DNA from: Balanoglossus misakiensis
Taxonomy: Eukaryota; Animalia; Hemichordata
Assembly (NCBI GenBank): GCA_040954595.2
Contig: CM082586.2
Location: 11,067,337-11,131,336, forward strand
Direction: 5' to 3'
DNA length: 64,000 bases
The notes under the pieces were generated by a model. It had not been told where the DNA came from. It did not search any database and was given only the letters and a program-made list of their open reading frames with translations. Numbering within the stretch: the first letter of the stretch is position 1; each line of letters starts with the position of its first letter. Both the position numbers and the translations under genes were made by a program. Of this stretch, positions 32,901-47,900 are shown piece by piece.

Positions 32901-35900
32901 GTGAAAATCATCAAAAAATGACAAATTTTCGACTGCAAAATCTCAAAATTTCGTCGATTTTTGAAAAAAAATCATGGGTGAAAAATCATCAAAAAATGAC
33001 AAATTTTCGACTTTGCAAAATCTCAAAATTTAGTCAATTTTTGAAAAAATCATGGGTGAAAATCATCAAAAAATGACACATTTTCGACTTTGCAAAATCT
33101 CAAAATTTCGTCCATTTCTGAAAAAAAATTATGGGTAAAAATCATCAAAAATGACAAATTTTCATCTTTGCAAAATCTCAAATTTTCGTCGATTTTTGAA
33201 AAAAAATCATGGTTGAAAATCATCAAAAAATGACAAAATTTTCGACTTTGCAAAATCTCAACATTTCGTCGATTTTTGAAAAAAATCATGGGTGAAAATC
33301 ATCAAAAAATGACAATTTTTCGACTTTGCAAAATCTCAACATTTCGTCGATTTTTGAAGAAAATCATGGGTGAAAATCATCAAAAAATGACAAATTTTCG
33401 ACTTTGCAAAATCTCAAAATTTTTTCGATTTTGAAAAAAATCATAGGTTCGTCGATTTTTAAAAAAAAACATGGGTGAAAATCATCAAAAAATGACACAT
33501 TTTCGACTTTGCAAAATCTCAAAATTTTTTCGATTTTTGAAAAAAGACATGGGTGAAAATCATCAAAAAATGACAAATTTTCGACTTTGCAAAATCTCAA
33601 AATTTCGTCGATTTTTGAAAAAATCATGGGTGAAAATCATCAAAAAATGACAAATTTTCGACTGCAAAATCTCAAAATTTCGTCGATTTTTGAAAAAAAA
33701 TCATGGGTGAAAAATCATCAAAAAATGACAAATTTTCGACTTTGCAAAATCTCAAAATTTAGTCAATTTTTGAAAAAATCATGGGTGAAAATCATCAAAA
33801 AATGACAAATTTTCATGTTTGCAAAATCTCAAAATTTCGTCGGTTTTTGAAAAATAATATGGGTGAAAATCATCAAAAAATGACAAATTTTCGACTGCAA
33901 AAACTCAAAATTTCATCAATTTTGAAAAAAATCATGGGTGAAAATCATCAAAAAATGACAAATTTTCCTCTTTGCAAAATCTATAAATTTCGTCGATTTT
34001 TGAAAAATTTTCAACTTTGCAAAATCTAAAAATTTCGTCGATTTTTGAAAAAAATCATGGGGGAAAATCATCAAAAAATGACACATTTTCGACTTTGCAA
34101 AATCTCAAAATTTCGTCGATTTTTGAAAAAAAATCATGGGTGAAAAATCATCAAAAAATGACAAATTTTCGACTTTGCAAAATCTCAAAATTTAGTCAAT
34201 TTTTGAAAAAATCATGGGTGAAAATCATCAAAAAATGACAAAATTTTCGACTTTGCAAAATCTCAACATTTCGTCGATTTTTGAAAAAAATCATGGGTGA
34301 AAATCATCAAAAAATGACAATTTTTCGACTTTGCAAAATCTCAACATTTCGTCGATTTTTGAAGAAAATCATGGGTGAAAATCATCAAAAAATGACAAAT
34401 TTTCGACTTTGCAAAATCTCAAAATTTTTTCGATTTTGAAAAAAATCATAGGTTCGTCGATTTTTAAAAAAAAACATGGGTGAAAATCATCAAAAAATGA
34501 CACATTTTCGACTTTGCAAAATCTCAAAATTTAGTCAATTTTTGAAAAAATCATGGGTGAAAATCATCAAAAAATGACAAATTTTCCTCTTTGCAAAATC
34601 TATAAATTTCGTCGATTTTTGAAAAATTTTCAACTTTGCAAAATCTCAAAATTTCGTCGATTTTTGAAAAAAATCATGGGGGAAAATCATCAAAAAATGA
34701 CACATTTTCGACTTTGCAAAATCTCAAAATTTCGTCGATTTTTGAAAAAAAATCATGGGTGAAAATCATCAAAAAATGACAAATTTTGAAAAAAAACGGG
34801 TGAAAATCATCAAAAAATGACACATTTTCGACTTTGCAAAATCTCAAAATTTCGTCGATTTTTGAAAAAATCATGGGTGAAAATCATCAAAAAATGACAA
34901 ATTTTCGACTGCAAAATCTCGAAATTTCGTCGATTTTTGAAAAAAAATCATGGGTGAAAAATCATCAAAAAATGACAAATTTTCGACTTTGCAAAATCTC
35001 AAAATTTCGTCGATTTTTGAAAAAAATCATGGGGGAAAATCATGAAAAAAATGACAAATTTTCCTCTTTGCAAAATCTCAAAATTTCGTCGATTTTTAAA
35101 AAAAGACATGGGTGAAAATCATCAAAAAATAACAAATTTTCGACTTTGCAAAATCTCAAAATTTCGTCCATTTTTGAAAAAAAATCATGGGTAAAAATCA
35201 TCAAAAAATGACACATTTTCGACTTTGCAAAATCTCAAAATTTCGTCGATTTTTGAAAAAAAATCATGGGTGAAAATCAACAAAAAATGACAAATTTTCG
35301 TCTTTGCAAAATCTCAAAATTTCGTCCATTTCTGAAAAAAAATTATGGGTAAAAATCATCAAAAATGACAAATTTTCATCTTTGCAAAATCTCAAATTTT
35401 CGTCGATTTTGAAAAAAATCATAGGTACGTCGATTTTTTTAAAAAAAACATGGGTGAAAATCATCAAAAAATGACAAATTTTCGACTTTGCAAAATCTCA
35501 AAATTTCGTCGATTTTTGAAAAAATCATGGGTGAAAATCATCAAAAAATGACAAATTTTCGACTGCAAAATCTCAAAATTTCGTCGATTTTTGAAAAAAA
35601 ATCATGGGTGAAAAATCATCAAAAAATGACAAATTTTCGACTTTGCAAAATCTCAAAATTTAGTCAATTTTTGAAAAAATCATGGGTGAAAATCATCAAA
35701 AAATGACAAATTTTCGACTTTGCAAAATCTCAAAATTTCGTCGATTTTTGAAAAAAATCATGGGGGAAAATCATCAAAAAATGACAAATTTTCGACTGCA
35801 AAAACTCAAAATTTCATCAATTTTGAAAAAAATCATGGGTGAAAATCATCAAAAAATGACAAATTTTCCTCTTTGCAAAATCTATAAATTTCGTCGATTT

Positions 35901-38900
35901 TTGAAAAATTTTCAACTTTGCAAAATCTCAAAATTTCGTCGATTTTTGAAAAAAATCATGGGGGAAAATCATCAAAAAATGACACATTTTCGACTTTGCA
36001 AAATCTCAAAATTTCGTCGATTTTTGAAAAAAAATCATGGGTGAAAATCATCAAAAAATGACAAATTTTGAAAAAAACGGGTGAAAATCATCAAAAAATG
36101 ACACATTTTCGACTTTGCAAAATCTCAAAATTTCGTCGATTTTTGAAAAAAAATCATGGGTGAAAATCATCAAAAAATGACAAATTTTCGTCTTTGCAAA
36201 ATCTCAAAATTTCGTCCATTTTTGAAAAAAAATCATGGGGGAAAATCATCAAAAAATGACAAATTTTCGACTTTGCAAAATCTCAAAATTTCGTCGATTT
36301 TGAAAAAAACCATTGGGGGAAAATCATCAAAAAATGACAAATTTTCGATTTTGCAAAATCTCAAAATTTCGTCGATTTTTGAAAAAAAATCAGGGTTGAA
36401 AATCATCAAAAAATGACAAAATTTTCGACTTTGCAAAATCACAAAATTTCGTCGATTTTGAAAAAAATCATAGGTTCGTCGATTTTTAAAAAAAAAACAT
36501 GGGTGAAAATCATCAAAAAATGACACATTTTCGACTGCAAAATCTCAAAATTTCGTCGATTTTGAAAAAAAATCATGGGTGAAAAATCATCAAAAAATGA
36601 CAAATTTTCGACTTTGCAAAATCTCAAAATTTCGTCAATTTTGAAAAAAAATCATGGGTGAAAAATCATCAAAAAATGACAAATTTTCGACTTTGCAAAA
36701 TCTCAAAATTTAGTCAATTTTTGAAAAAATCATGGGTGAAAATCATCAAAAAATGACAAATTTTCGACTTTGCAAAATCTCAAAATTTCGTCGATTTTTG
36801 AAAAAAATCATGGGGGAAAATCATCAAAAAATGACAAATTTTCGACTGCAAAAACTCAAAATTTCATCAATTTTGAAAAAAATCATGGGTGAAAATCATC
36901 AAAAAATGACAAATTTTCCTCTTTGCAAAATCTATAAATTTCGTCGATTTTTGAAAAATTTTCAACTTTGCAAAATCTCAAAATTTCGTCGATTTTTGAA
37001 AAAAATCATGGGGGAAAATCATCAAAAAATGACACATTTTCGACTTTGCAAAATCTCAAAATTTCGTCGATTTTTGAAAAAAAATCATGGGTGAAAATCA
37101 TCAAAAAATGACAAATTTTGAAAAAAAACGGGTGAAAATCATCAAAAAATGACACATTTTCGACTTTGCAAAATCTCAAAATTTCGTCGATTTTTGAAAA
37201 AAAATCATGGGTGAAAATCATCAAAAAATGACAAATTTTCGTCTTTGCAAAATCTCAAAATTTCGTCCATTTTTGAAAAAAAATCATGGGGGGAAAATCA
37301 TCAAAAAATGACAAATTTTCGACTTTGCAAAATCTCAAAATTTCGTCGATTTTGAAAAAAAACCATTGGGGGAAAATCATCAAAAAATGACAAATTTTCG
37401 ATTTTGCAAAATCTCAAAATTTCGTCGATTTTTGAAAAAAAATCAGGGTTGAAAATCATCAAAAAATGACAAAATTTTCGACTTTGCAAAATCACAAAAT
37501 TTCGTCGATTTTGAAAAAAATCATAGGTTCGTCGATTTTTAAAAAAAAAACATGGGTGAAAATCATCAAAAAATGACACATTTTCGACTTTGCAAAATCT
37601 CAAAATTTCGTCGATTTTTGAAAAAAATCATGGGTGAAAATCATCAAAAAATGACAAAATTTTCGACTTTGCAAAATCTCAAAATTTCGTCGATTTTTGA
37701 AAAAAAATCATGGTTGAAAATCATCAAAAAATGACAAAATTTTCGACTTTGCAAAATCACAAAATTTCGTCGATTTTGAAAAAAATCATAGGTTCGTCGA
37801 TTTTTAAAAAAAAAACATGGGTGAAAATCATCAAAAAATGACACATTTTCGACTTTGCAAAATCTCAAAATTTCGTCGATTTTTGAAAAAAATCATGGGT
37901 GAAAATCATCAAAAAATGACAAATTTTCGACTTTGCAAAATCTCAAAATTTCGTCGATTTTTGAAAAAAATCATGGGTGAAAATCATGAAAAAATGACAA
38001 ATTTTGAAAAAAAAACGGGTGAAAATCATCAAAAAATGACACATTTTCGACTTTGCAAAATCTCAAAATTTCGTCCATTTCTGAAAAAAAATTATGGGTA
38101 AAAATCATCAAAAATGACAAATTTTCATCTTTGCAAAATCTCAAATTTTCGTCGATTTTTGAAAAAAAATCATGGTTGAAAATCATCAAAAAATGACAAA
38201 ATTTTCGACTTTGCAAAATCTCAACATTTCGTCGATTTTTGAAAAAAATCATGGGTGAAAATCATCAAAAAATGACAATTTTTCGACTTTGCAAAATCTC
38301 AACATTTCGTCGATTTTTGAAAAAAATCATGGGTGAAAATCATCAAAAAATGACAAATTTTCGACTTCGCAAAATCTCAAAATTTCGTCGATTTTTGAAA
38401 AAAATCATGGGTGAAAATAATCAAAAAATGACAAATTTTCGACTTTGCAAAATCTCAAAATTTCGTCGATTTTTGAAGAAAATCATGGGTGAAAATCATC
38501 AAAAAATGACAAATTTTCGACTTTGCAAAATCTCAAAATTTCGTCGATTTTTGAAAAAATCATGGGTGAAAATCATCAAAAAATGACAAATTTTCGACTG
38601 CAAAATCTCAAAATTTCGTCGATTTTTGAAAAAAAATCATGGGTGAAAAATCATCAAAAAATGACAAATTTTCGACTTTGCAAAATCTCAAAATTTCGTC
38701 GATTTTGAAAAAAACCATTGGGGGAAAATCATCAAAAAATGACAAATTTTCGATTTTGCAAAATCTCAAAATTTCGTCGATTTTTGAAAAAAAATCAGGG
38801 TTGAAAATCATCAAAAAATGACAAAATTTTCGACTTTGCAAAATCACAAAATTTCGTCGATTTTGAAAAAAATCATAGGTTCGTCGATTTTTAAAAAAAA

Positions 38901-41900
38901 AACATGGGTGAAAATCATCAAAAAATGACACATTTTCGACTTTGCAAAATCTCAAAATTTCGTCGATTTTTGAAAAAAATCATGGGTGAAAATCATGAAA
39001 AAATGACAAATTTTGAAAAAAAACGGGTGAAAATCATCAAAAAATGACAAATTTTCGACTGCAAAAACTCAAAATTTCGTCAATTTTGAAAAAAATCATG
39101 GGTGAAAATCATCAAAAAATGACAAATTTTCCTCTTTGCAAAATCTATAAATTTCGTCGATTTTTGAAAAATTTTCAACTTTGCAAAATCTCAAAATTTC
39201 GTCGATTTTTGAAGAAAATCATGGGTGAAAATCATCAAAAAATGACAAATTTTCGACTTTGCAAAATCTCAAAATTTCGTCGATTTTTGAAAAAATCATG
39301 GGTGAAAATCATCAAAAAATGACAAATTTTCGACTGCAAAATCTCAAAATTTCGTCGATTTTTGAAAAAAATCATGGGTGAAAATCATGAAAAAATGACA
39401 AATTTTGAAAAAAAACGGTGAAAATCATCAAAAAATGACACATTTTCGACTTTGCAAAATCTCAAATTTTCGTCGATTTTTGAAAAAAAATCATGGTTGA
39501 AAATCATCAAAAAATGACAAAATTTTCGACTTTGCAAAATCTCAAAATTTCGTCGATTTTTGAAAAAAAATCATGGTTGAAAATCATCAAAAAATGACAA
39601 ATTTTCGTCTTTGCAAAATCTCAAAATTTCGTCCATTTCTGAAAAAAAATTATGGGTAAAAATCATCAAAAATGACAAATTTTCATCTTTGCAAAATCTC
39701 AAATTTTCGTCGATTTTTGAAAAAAAATCATGTTTGAAAATCATCAAAAAATGACAAAATTTTCGACTTTGCAAAATCTCAAAATTTCGTCGATTTTTGA
39801 AAAAAATCATGGGGGAAAATCATGAAAAAATGACAAATTTTCCTCTTTGCAAAATCTTAAAATTTCGTCGATTTTTGAAAAAAAATCATGGGTGAAAATC
39901 ATCAAAAAATGACAAATTTTCGTCTTTGCAAAATCTCAAAATTTCGTCCATTTTTGAAAAAAAATTATGGGTAAAAATCATCAAAAATGACAAATTTTCA
40001 TCTTTGCAAAATCTCAAATTTTCGTCGATTTTTGAAAAAAAATCATGGTTGAAAATCATCAAAAAATGACAAAATTTTCGACTTTGCAAAATCTCAACAT
40101 TTCGTCGATTTTTGAAAAAAATCATGGGTGAAAATCATCAAAAAATGACAATTTTTCGACTTTGCAAAATCTCAACATTTCGTCGATTTTTGAAAAAAAT
40201 CATGGGTGAAAATCATCAAAAAATGACAAATTTTCGACTTCGCAAAATCTCAAAATTTCGTCGATTTTTGAAAAAAATCATGGGTGAAAATAATCAAAAA
40301 ATGACAAATTTTCGACTTTGCAAAATCTCAAAATTTCGTCGATTTTTGAAGAAAATCATGGGTGAAAATCATCAAAAAATGACAAATTTTCGACTTTGCA
40401 AAATCTCAAAATTTCGTCGATTTTTGAAAAAATCATGGGTGAAAATCATGAAAAAATGACAAATTTTCGACTTTGCAAAATCTGAAAATTTCGTCGATTT
40501 TTGAAAAAAATCATGGGGGAAAATGATCAAAAAATGACAAATTTTCGACTGCAAAATCTCAAAATTTCGTCAATTTTGAAAAAAATCATGGTTGAAAATC
40601 ATCAAAAAATGACAATTTTTTTACTGCAAAATCTCAAAATTTCATCGATTTTTGAAAAAAATCATGGGTAAAAATCATCAAAAAATGACACATTTTCGAC
40701 TTTGCAAAATCTCAAAATTTCGTCGATTTTTGAAAAAAAATCATGGGTGAAAATCATCAAAAAATGACAAATTTTCGTCTTTGCAAAATCTCAAAATTTC
40801 GTCCATTTCTGAAAAAAAATTATGGGTAAAAATCATCAAAAATGACAAATTTTCATCTTTGCAAAATCTCAAATTTTCGTCGATTTTGAAAAAAATCATA
40901 GGTACGTCGATTTTTTTAAAAAAAACATGGGTGAAAATCATCAAAAAATGACAAATTTTCGACTTTGCAAAATCTCAAAATTTCGTCGATTTTTGAAAAA
41001 AATCATGGGTGAAAATCATCAAAAAAATGACAAATTTTCGACTTTGCAAAATCTCAAAATTTTGTTGATTTTTGAAAAAAATCATAGGTGAAAATCATCA
41101 AAAAATGACAAATTTTCGACTTTGCAAAATCTCAAAATTTCGTCAATTTTTGAAGAAAATCATGGGTGAAAATCATCAAAAAATGACAAATTTTCGACTT
41201 TGCAAAATCTCAAAATTTTTTCGATTTTTTAAAAAAGACATGGGTGAAAATCATCAAAAAATGACAAATTTTCGACTTTGCAAAATCTCAAAATTTCGTC
41301 GATTTTTGAAAAAAATCATGGGGGAAAATCATGAAAAAAATGACAAATTTTCCTCTTTGCAAAATCTCAAAATTTCGTCGATTTTTAAAAAAAGACATGG
41401 GTGAAAATCATCAAAAAATAACAAATTTTCGACTTTGCAAAATCTCAAAATTTCGTCCATTTTTGAAAAAAAATCATGGGTAAAAATCATCAAAAAATGA
41501 CACATTTTCGACTTTGCAAAATCTCAAAATTTCGTCGATTTTTGAAAAAAAATCATGGGTGAAAATCATCAAAAAATGACAAATTTTCGTCTTTGCAAAA
41601 TCTCAAAATTTCGTCGATTTTTGAAGAAAATCATGGGTGAAAATCATCAAAAAATGACAAATTTTCGACTTTGCAAAATCTCAAAATTTCGTCGATTTTT
41701 GAAAAAATCATGGGTGAAAATCATGAAAAAATGACAAATTTTCGACTTTGCAAAATCTGAAAATTTCGTCGATTTTTGAAAAAAATCATGGGGGAAAATG
41801 ATCAAAAAATGACAAATTTTCGACTGCAAAATCTCAAAATTTCGTCAATTTTGAAAAAAATCATGGTTGAAAATCATCAAAAAATGACAATTTTTTTACT

Positions 41901-44900
41901 GCAAAATCTCAAAATTTCATCGATTTTTGAAAAAAATCATGGGTAAAAATCATCAAAAAATGACACATTTTCGACTTTGCAAAATCTCAAAATTTCGTCG
42001 ATTTTTGAAAAAAAATCATGGGTGAAAATCATCAAAAAATGACAAATTTTCGTCTTTGCAAAATCTCAAAATTTCGTCCATTTCTGAAAAAAAATTATGG
42101 GTAAAAATCATCAAAAATGACAAATTTTCATCTTTGCAAAATCTCAAATTTTCGTCGATTTTGAAAAAAATCATAGGTACGTCGATTTTTTTAAAAAAAA
42201 CATGGGTGAAAATCATCAAAAAATGACAAATTTTCGACTTTGCAAAATCTCAAAATTTCGTCGATTTTTGAAAAAAATCATGGGTGAAAATCATCAAAAA
42301 AATGACAAATTTTCGACTTTGCAAAATCTCAAAATTTTGTTGATTTTTGAAAAAAATCATAGGTGAAAATCATCAAAAAATGACAAATTTTCGACTTTGC
42401 AAAATCTCAAAATTTCGTCAATTTTTGAAGAAAATCATGGGTGAAAATCATCAAAAAATGACAAATTTTCGACTTTGCAAAATCTCAAAATTTTTTCGAT
42501 TTTTTAAAAAAGACATGGGTGAAAATCATCAAAAAATGACAAATTTTCGACTTTGCAAAATCTCAAAATTTCGTCGATTTTTGAAAAAAATCATGGGGGA
42601 AAATCATGAAAAAAATGACAAATTTTCCTCTTTGCAAAATCTCAAAATTTCGTCGATTTTTAAAAAAAGACATGGGTGAAAATCATCAAAAAATAACAAA
42701 TTTTCGACTTTGCAAAATCTCAAAATTTCGTCCATTTTTGAAAAAAAATCATGGGTAAAAATCATCAAAAAATGACACATTTTCGACTTTGCAAAATCTC
42801 AAAATTTCGTCGATTTTTGAAAAAAAATCATGGGTGAAAATCATCAAAAAATGACAAATTTTCGTCTTTGCAAAATCTCAAAATTTCGTCCATTTCTGAA
42901 AAAAAATTATGGGTAAAAATCATCAAAAATGACAAATTTTCATCTTTGCAAAATCTCAAATTTTCGTCGATTTTTGAAAAAAAATCATGTTTGAAAATCA
43001 TCAAAAAATGACAAAATTTTCGACTTTGCAAAATCTCAAAATTTCGTCGATTTTTGAAAAAAATCATGGGGGAAAATCATGAAAAAATGACAAATTTTCC
43101 TCTTTGCAAAATCTTAAAATTTCGTCGATTTTTGAAAAAAAATCATGGGTGAAAATCATCAAAAAATGACAAATTTTCGTCTTTGCAAAATCTCAAAATT
43201 TCGTCCATTTTTGAAAAAAAATTATGGGTAAAAATCATCAAAAATGACAAATTTTCATCTTTGCAAAATCTCAAATTTTCGTCGATTTTTGAAAAAAAAT
43301 CATGGTTGAAAATCATCAAAAAATGACAAAATTTTCGACTTTGCAAAATCTCAACATTTCGTCGATTTTTGAAAAAAATCATGGGTGAAAATCATCAAAA
43401 AATGACAATTTTTCGACTTTGCAAAATCTCAACATTTCGTCGATTTTTGAAAAAAATCATGGGTGAAAATCATCAAAAAATGACAAATTTTCGACTTCGC
43501 AAAATCTCAAAATTTCGTCGATTTTTGAAAAAAATCATGGGTGAAAATAATCAAAAAATGACAAATTTTCGACTTTGCAAAATCTCAAAATTTCGTCGAT
43601 TTTTGAAGAAAATCATGGGTGAAAATCATCAAAAAATGACAAATTTTCGACTTTGCAAAATCTCAAAATTTCGTCGATTTTTGAAAAAATCATGGGTGAA
43701 AATCATGAAAAAATGACAAATTTTCGACTTTGCAAAATCTGAAAATTTCGTCGATTTTTGAAAAAAATCATGGGGGAAAATGATCAAAAAATGACAAATT
43801 TTCGACTGCAAAATCTCAAAATTTCGTCAATTTTGAAAAAAATCATGGTTGAAAATCATCAAAAAATGACAATTTTTTTACTGCAAAATCTCAAAATTTC
43901 ATCGATTTTTGAAAAAAATCATGGGTAAAAATCATCAAAAAATGACACATTTTCGACTTTGCAAAATCTCAAAATTTCGTCGATTTTTGAAAAAAAATCA
44001 TGGGTGAAAATCATCAAAAAATGACAAATTTTCGTCTTTGCAAAATCTCAAAATTTCGTCCATTTCTGAAAAAAAATTATGGGTAAAAATCATCAAAAAT
44101 GACAAATTTTCATCTTTGCAAAATCTCAAATTTTCGTCGATTTTGAAAAAAATCATAGGTACGTCGATTTTTTTAAAAAAAACATGGGTGAAAATCATCA
44201 AAAAATGACAAATTTTCGACTTTGCAAAATCTCAAAATTTCGTCGATTTTTGAAAAAAATCATGGGTGAAAATCATCAAAAAATGACAAATTTTCGACTT
44301 TGCAAAATCTCAAAATTTCGTCGATTTTTGAAAAAAATCATGGGTGAAAATCATGAAAAAATGACAAATTTTGAAAAAAAAACGGGTGAAAATCATCAAA
44401 AAATGACACATTTTCGACTTTGCAAAATCTCAAAATTTCGTCCATTTCTGAAAAAAAATTATGGGTAAAAATCATCAAAAATGACAAATTTTCATCTTTG
44501 CAAAATCTCAAATTTTCGTCGATTTTTGAAAAAAAATCATGGTTGAAAATCATCAAAAAATGACAAAATTTTCGACTTTGCAAAATCTCAACATTTCGTC
44601 GATTTTTGAAAAAAATCATGGGTGAAAATCATCAAAAAATGACAATTTTTCGACTTTGCAAAATCTCAACATTTCGTCGATTTTTGAAGAAAATCATGGG
44701 TGAAAATCATCAAAAAATGACAAATTTTCGACTTTGCAAAATCTCAAAATTTTTTCGATTTTGAAAAAAATCATAGGTTCGTCGATTTTTAAAAAAAAAA
44801 CATGGGTGAAAATCATCAAAAAATGACACATTTTCGACTTTGCAAAATCTCAAAATTTCGTCGATTTTTGAAAAAAATCATGGGTGAAAATCATCAAAAA

Positions 44901-47900
44901 ATGACAAAATTTTCGACTTTGCAAAATCTCAAAATTTCGTCGATTTTTGAAAAAAAATCATGGTTAAAAATCATCAAAAAATGACAAAATTTTCGACTTT
45001 GCAAAATCACAAAATTTCGTCGATTTTGAAAACAATCATAGGTACGTCGATTTTTTTAAAAAAAACATGGGTGAAAATCATCAAAAAATGACAAATTTTC
45101 GACTTTGCAAAATCTCAAAATTTCGTCGATTTTTGAAAAAATCATGGGTGAAAATCATCAAAAAATGACAAATTTTCGACTGCAAAATCTCAAAATTTCG
45201 TCGATTTTTGAAAAAAAATCATGGGTGAAAAATCATCAAAAAATGACAAATTTTCGACTTTGCAAAATCTCAAAATTTCGTCAATTTTTGAAGAAAATCA
45301 TGGGTGAAAATCATCAAAAAATGACAAATTTTCGACTTTGCAAAATCTCAAAATTTTTTCGATTTTTGAAAAAAGACATGGGTGAAAATCATCAAAAAAT
45401 GACAAATTTTCGACTTTGCAAAATCTCAAAATTTCGTCGATTTTTGAAAAAATCATGGGTGAAAATCATCAAAAAATGACAAATTTTCGACTGCAAAATC
45501 TCAAAATTTCGTCGATTTTTGAAAAAAAATCATGGGTGAAAAATCATCAAAAAATGACAAATTTTCGACTTTGCAAAATCTCAAAATTTAGTCAATTTTT
45601 GAAAAAATCATGGGTGAAAATCATCAAAAAATGACAAATTTTCATGTTTGCAAAATCTCAAAATTTCGTCGGTTTTTGAAAAATAATATGGGTGAAAATC
45701 ATCAAAAAATGACAAATTTTCGACTGCAAAAACTCAAAATTTCATCAATTTTGAAAAAAATCATGGGTGAAAATCATCAAAAAATGACAAATTTTCCTCT
45801 TTGCAAAATCTATAAATTTCGTCGATTTTTGAAAAATTTTCAACTTTGCAAAATCTCAAAATTTCGTCGATTTTTGAAAAAAATCATGGGGGAAAATCAT
45901 CAAAAAATGACACATTTTCGACTTTGCAAAATCTCAAAATTTCGTCGATTTTTGAAAAAAAATCATGGGTGAAAATCATCAAAAAATGACAAATTTTGAA
46001 AAAAAACGGGTGAAAATCATCAAAAAATGACACATTTTCGACTTTGCAAAATCTCAAAATTTCGTCGATTTTTGAAAAAATCATGGGTGAAAATCATCAA
46101 AAAATGACAAATTTTCGACTGCAAAATCTCAAAATTTCGTCGATTTTTGAAAAAAAATCATGGGTGAAAAATCATCAAAAAATGACAAATTTTCGACTTT
46201 GCAAAATCTCAAAATTTCGTCGATTTTTGAAAAAAATCATGGGGGAAAATCATGAAAAAAATGACAAATTTTCCTCTTTGCAAAATCTCAAAATTTCGTC
46301 GATTTTTAAAAAAAGACATGGGTGAAAATCATCAAAAAATAACAAATTTTCGACTTTGCAAAATCTCAAAATTTCGTCCATTTTTGAAAAAAAATCATGG
46401 GTAAAAATCATCAAAAAATGACACATTTTCGACTTTGCAAAATCTCAAAATTTCGTCGATTTTTGAAAAAAAATCATGGGTGAAAATCATCAAAAAATGA
46501 CAAATTTTCGTCTTTGCAAAATCTCAAAATTTCGTCCATTTCTGAAAAAAAATTATGGGTAAAAATCATCAAAAATGACAAATTTTCATCTTTGCAAAAT
46601 CTCAAATTTTTGTCGATTTTGAAAAAAATCATAGGTACGTCGATTTTTTTAAAAAAAACATGGGTGAAAATCATCAAAAAATGACAAATTTTCGACTTTG
46701 CAAAATCTCAAAATTTCGTCGATTTTTGAAAAAATCATGGGTGAAAATCATCAAAAAATGACAAATTTTCGACTGCAAAATCTCAAAATTTCGTCGATTT
46801 TTGAAAAAAAATCATGGGTGAAAAATCATCAAAAAATGACAAATTTTCGACTTTGCAAAATCTCAAAATTTAGTCAATTTTTGAAAAAATCATGGGTGAA
46901 AATCATCAAAAAATGACACATTTTCGACTTTGCAAAATCTCAAAATTTCGTCCATTTCTGAAAAAAAATTATGGGTAAAAATCATCAAAAATGACAAATT
47001 TTCATCTTTGCAAAATCTCAAATTTTCGTCGATTTTTGAAAAAAAATCATGGTTGAAAATCATCAAAAAATGACAAAATTTTCGACTTTGCAAAATCTCA
47101 ACATTTCGTCGATTTTTGAAAAAAATCATGGGTGAAAATCATCAAAAAATGACAATTTTTCGACTTTGCAAAATCTCAACATTTCGTCGATTTTTGAAGA
47201 AAATCATGGGTGAAAATCATCAAAAAATGACAAATTTTCGACTTTGCAAAATCTCAAAATTTTTTCGATTTTGAAAAAAATCATAGGTTCGTCGATTTTT
47301 AAAAAAAAACATGGGTGAAAATCATCAAAAAATGACACATTTTCGACTTTGCAAAATCTCAAAATTTCGTCGATTTTTGAAAAAAATCATGGGTGAAAAT
47401 CATCAAAAAATGACAAAATTTTCGACTTTGCAAAATCTCAAAATTTCGTCGATTTTTGAAAAAAAATCATGGTTAAAAATCATCAAAAAATGACAAAATT
47501 TTCGACTTTGCAAAATCACAAAATTTCGTCGATTTTGAAAAAAATCATAGGTACGTCGATTTTTTTAAAAAAAACATGGGTGAAAATCATCAAAAAATGA
47601 CAAATTTTCGACTGCAAAATCTCAAAATTTCGTCGATTTTTGAAAAAAAATCATGGGTGAAAAATCATCAAAAAATGACAAATTTTTGACTTTGCAAAAT
47701 CTCAAAATTTAGTCAATTTTTGAAAAAATCATGGGTGAAAATCATCAAAAAATGACACATTTTCGACTTTGCAAAATCTCAAAATTTCGTCCATTTCTGA
47801 AAAAAAATTATGGGTAAAAATCATCAAAAATGACAAATTTTCATCTTTGCAAAATCTCAAATTTTTGTCGATTTTGAAAAAAATCATAGGTACGTCGATT

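Noticed and set aside
36067-36081. CENP-B box-like TTTGAAAAAAACGGG (8/9 core positions of TTCGnnnnAnnCGGG)
   Set aside because: It arises only in a deletion monomer with exactly seven As. Most copies have eight or nine As, and the first CpG is missing. Probably chance.
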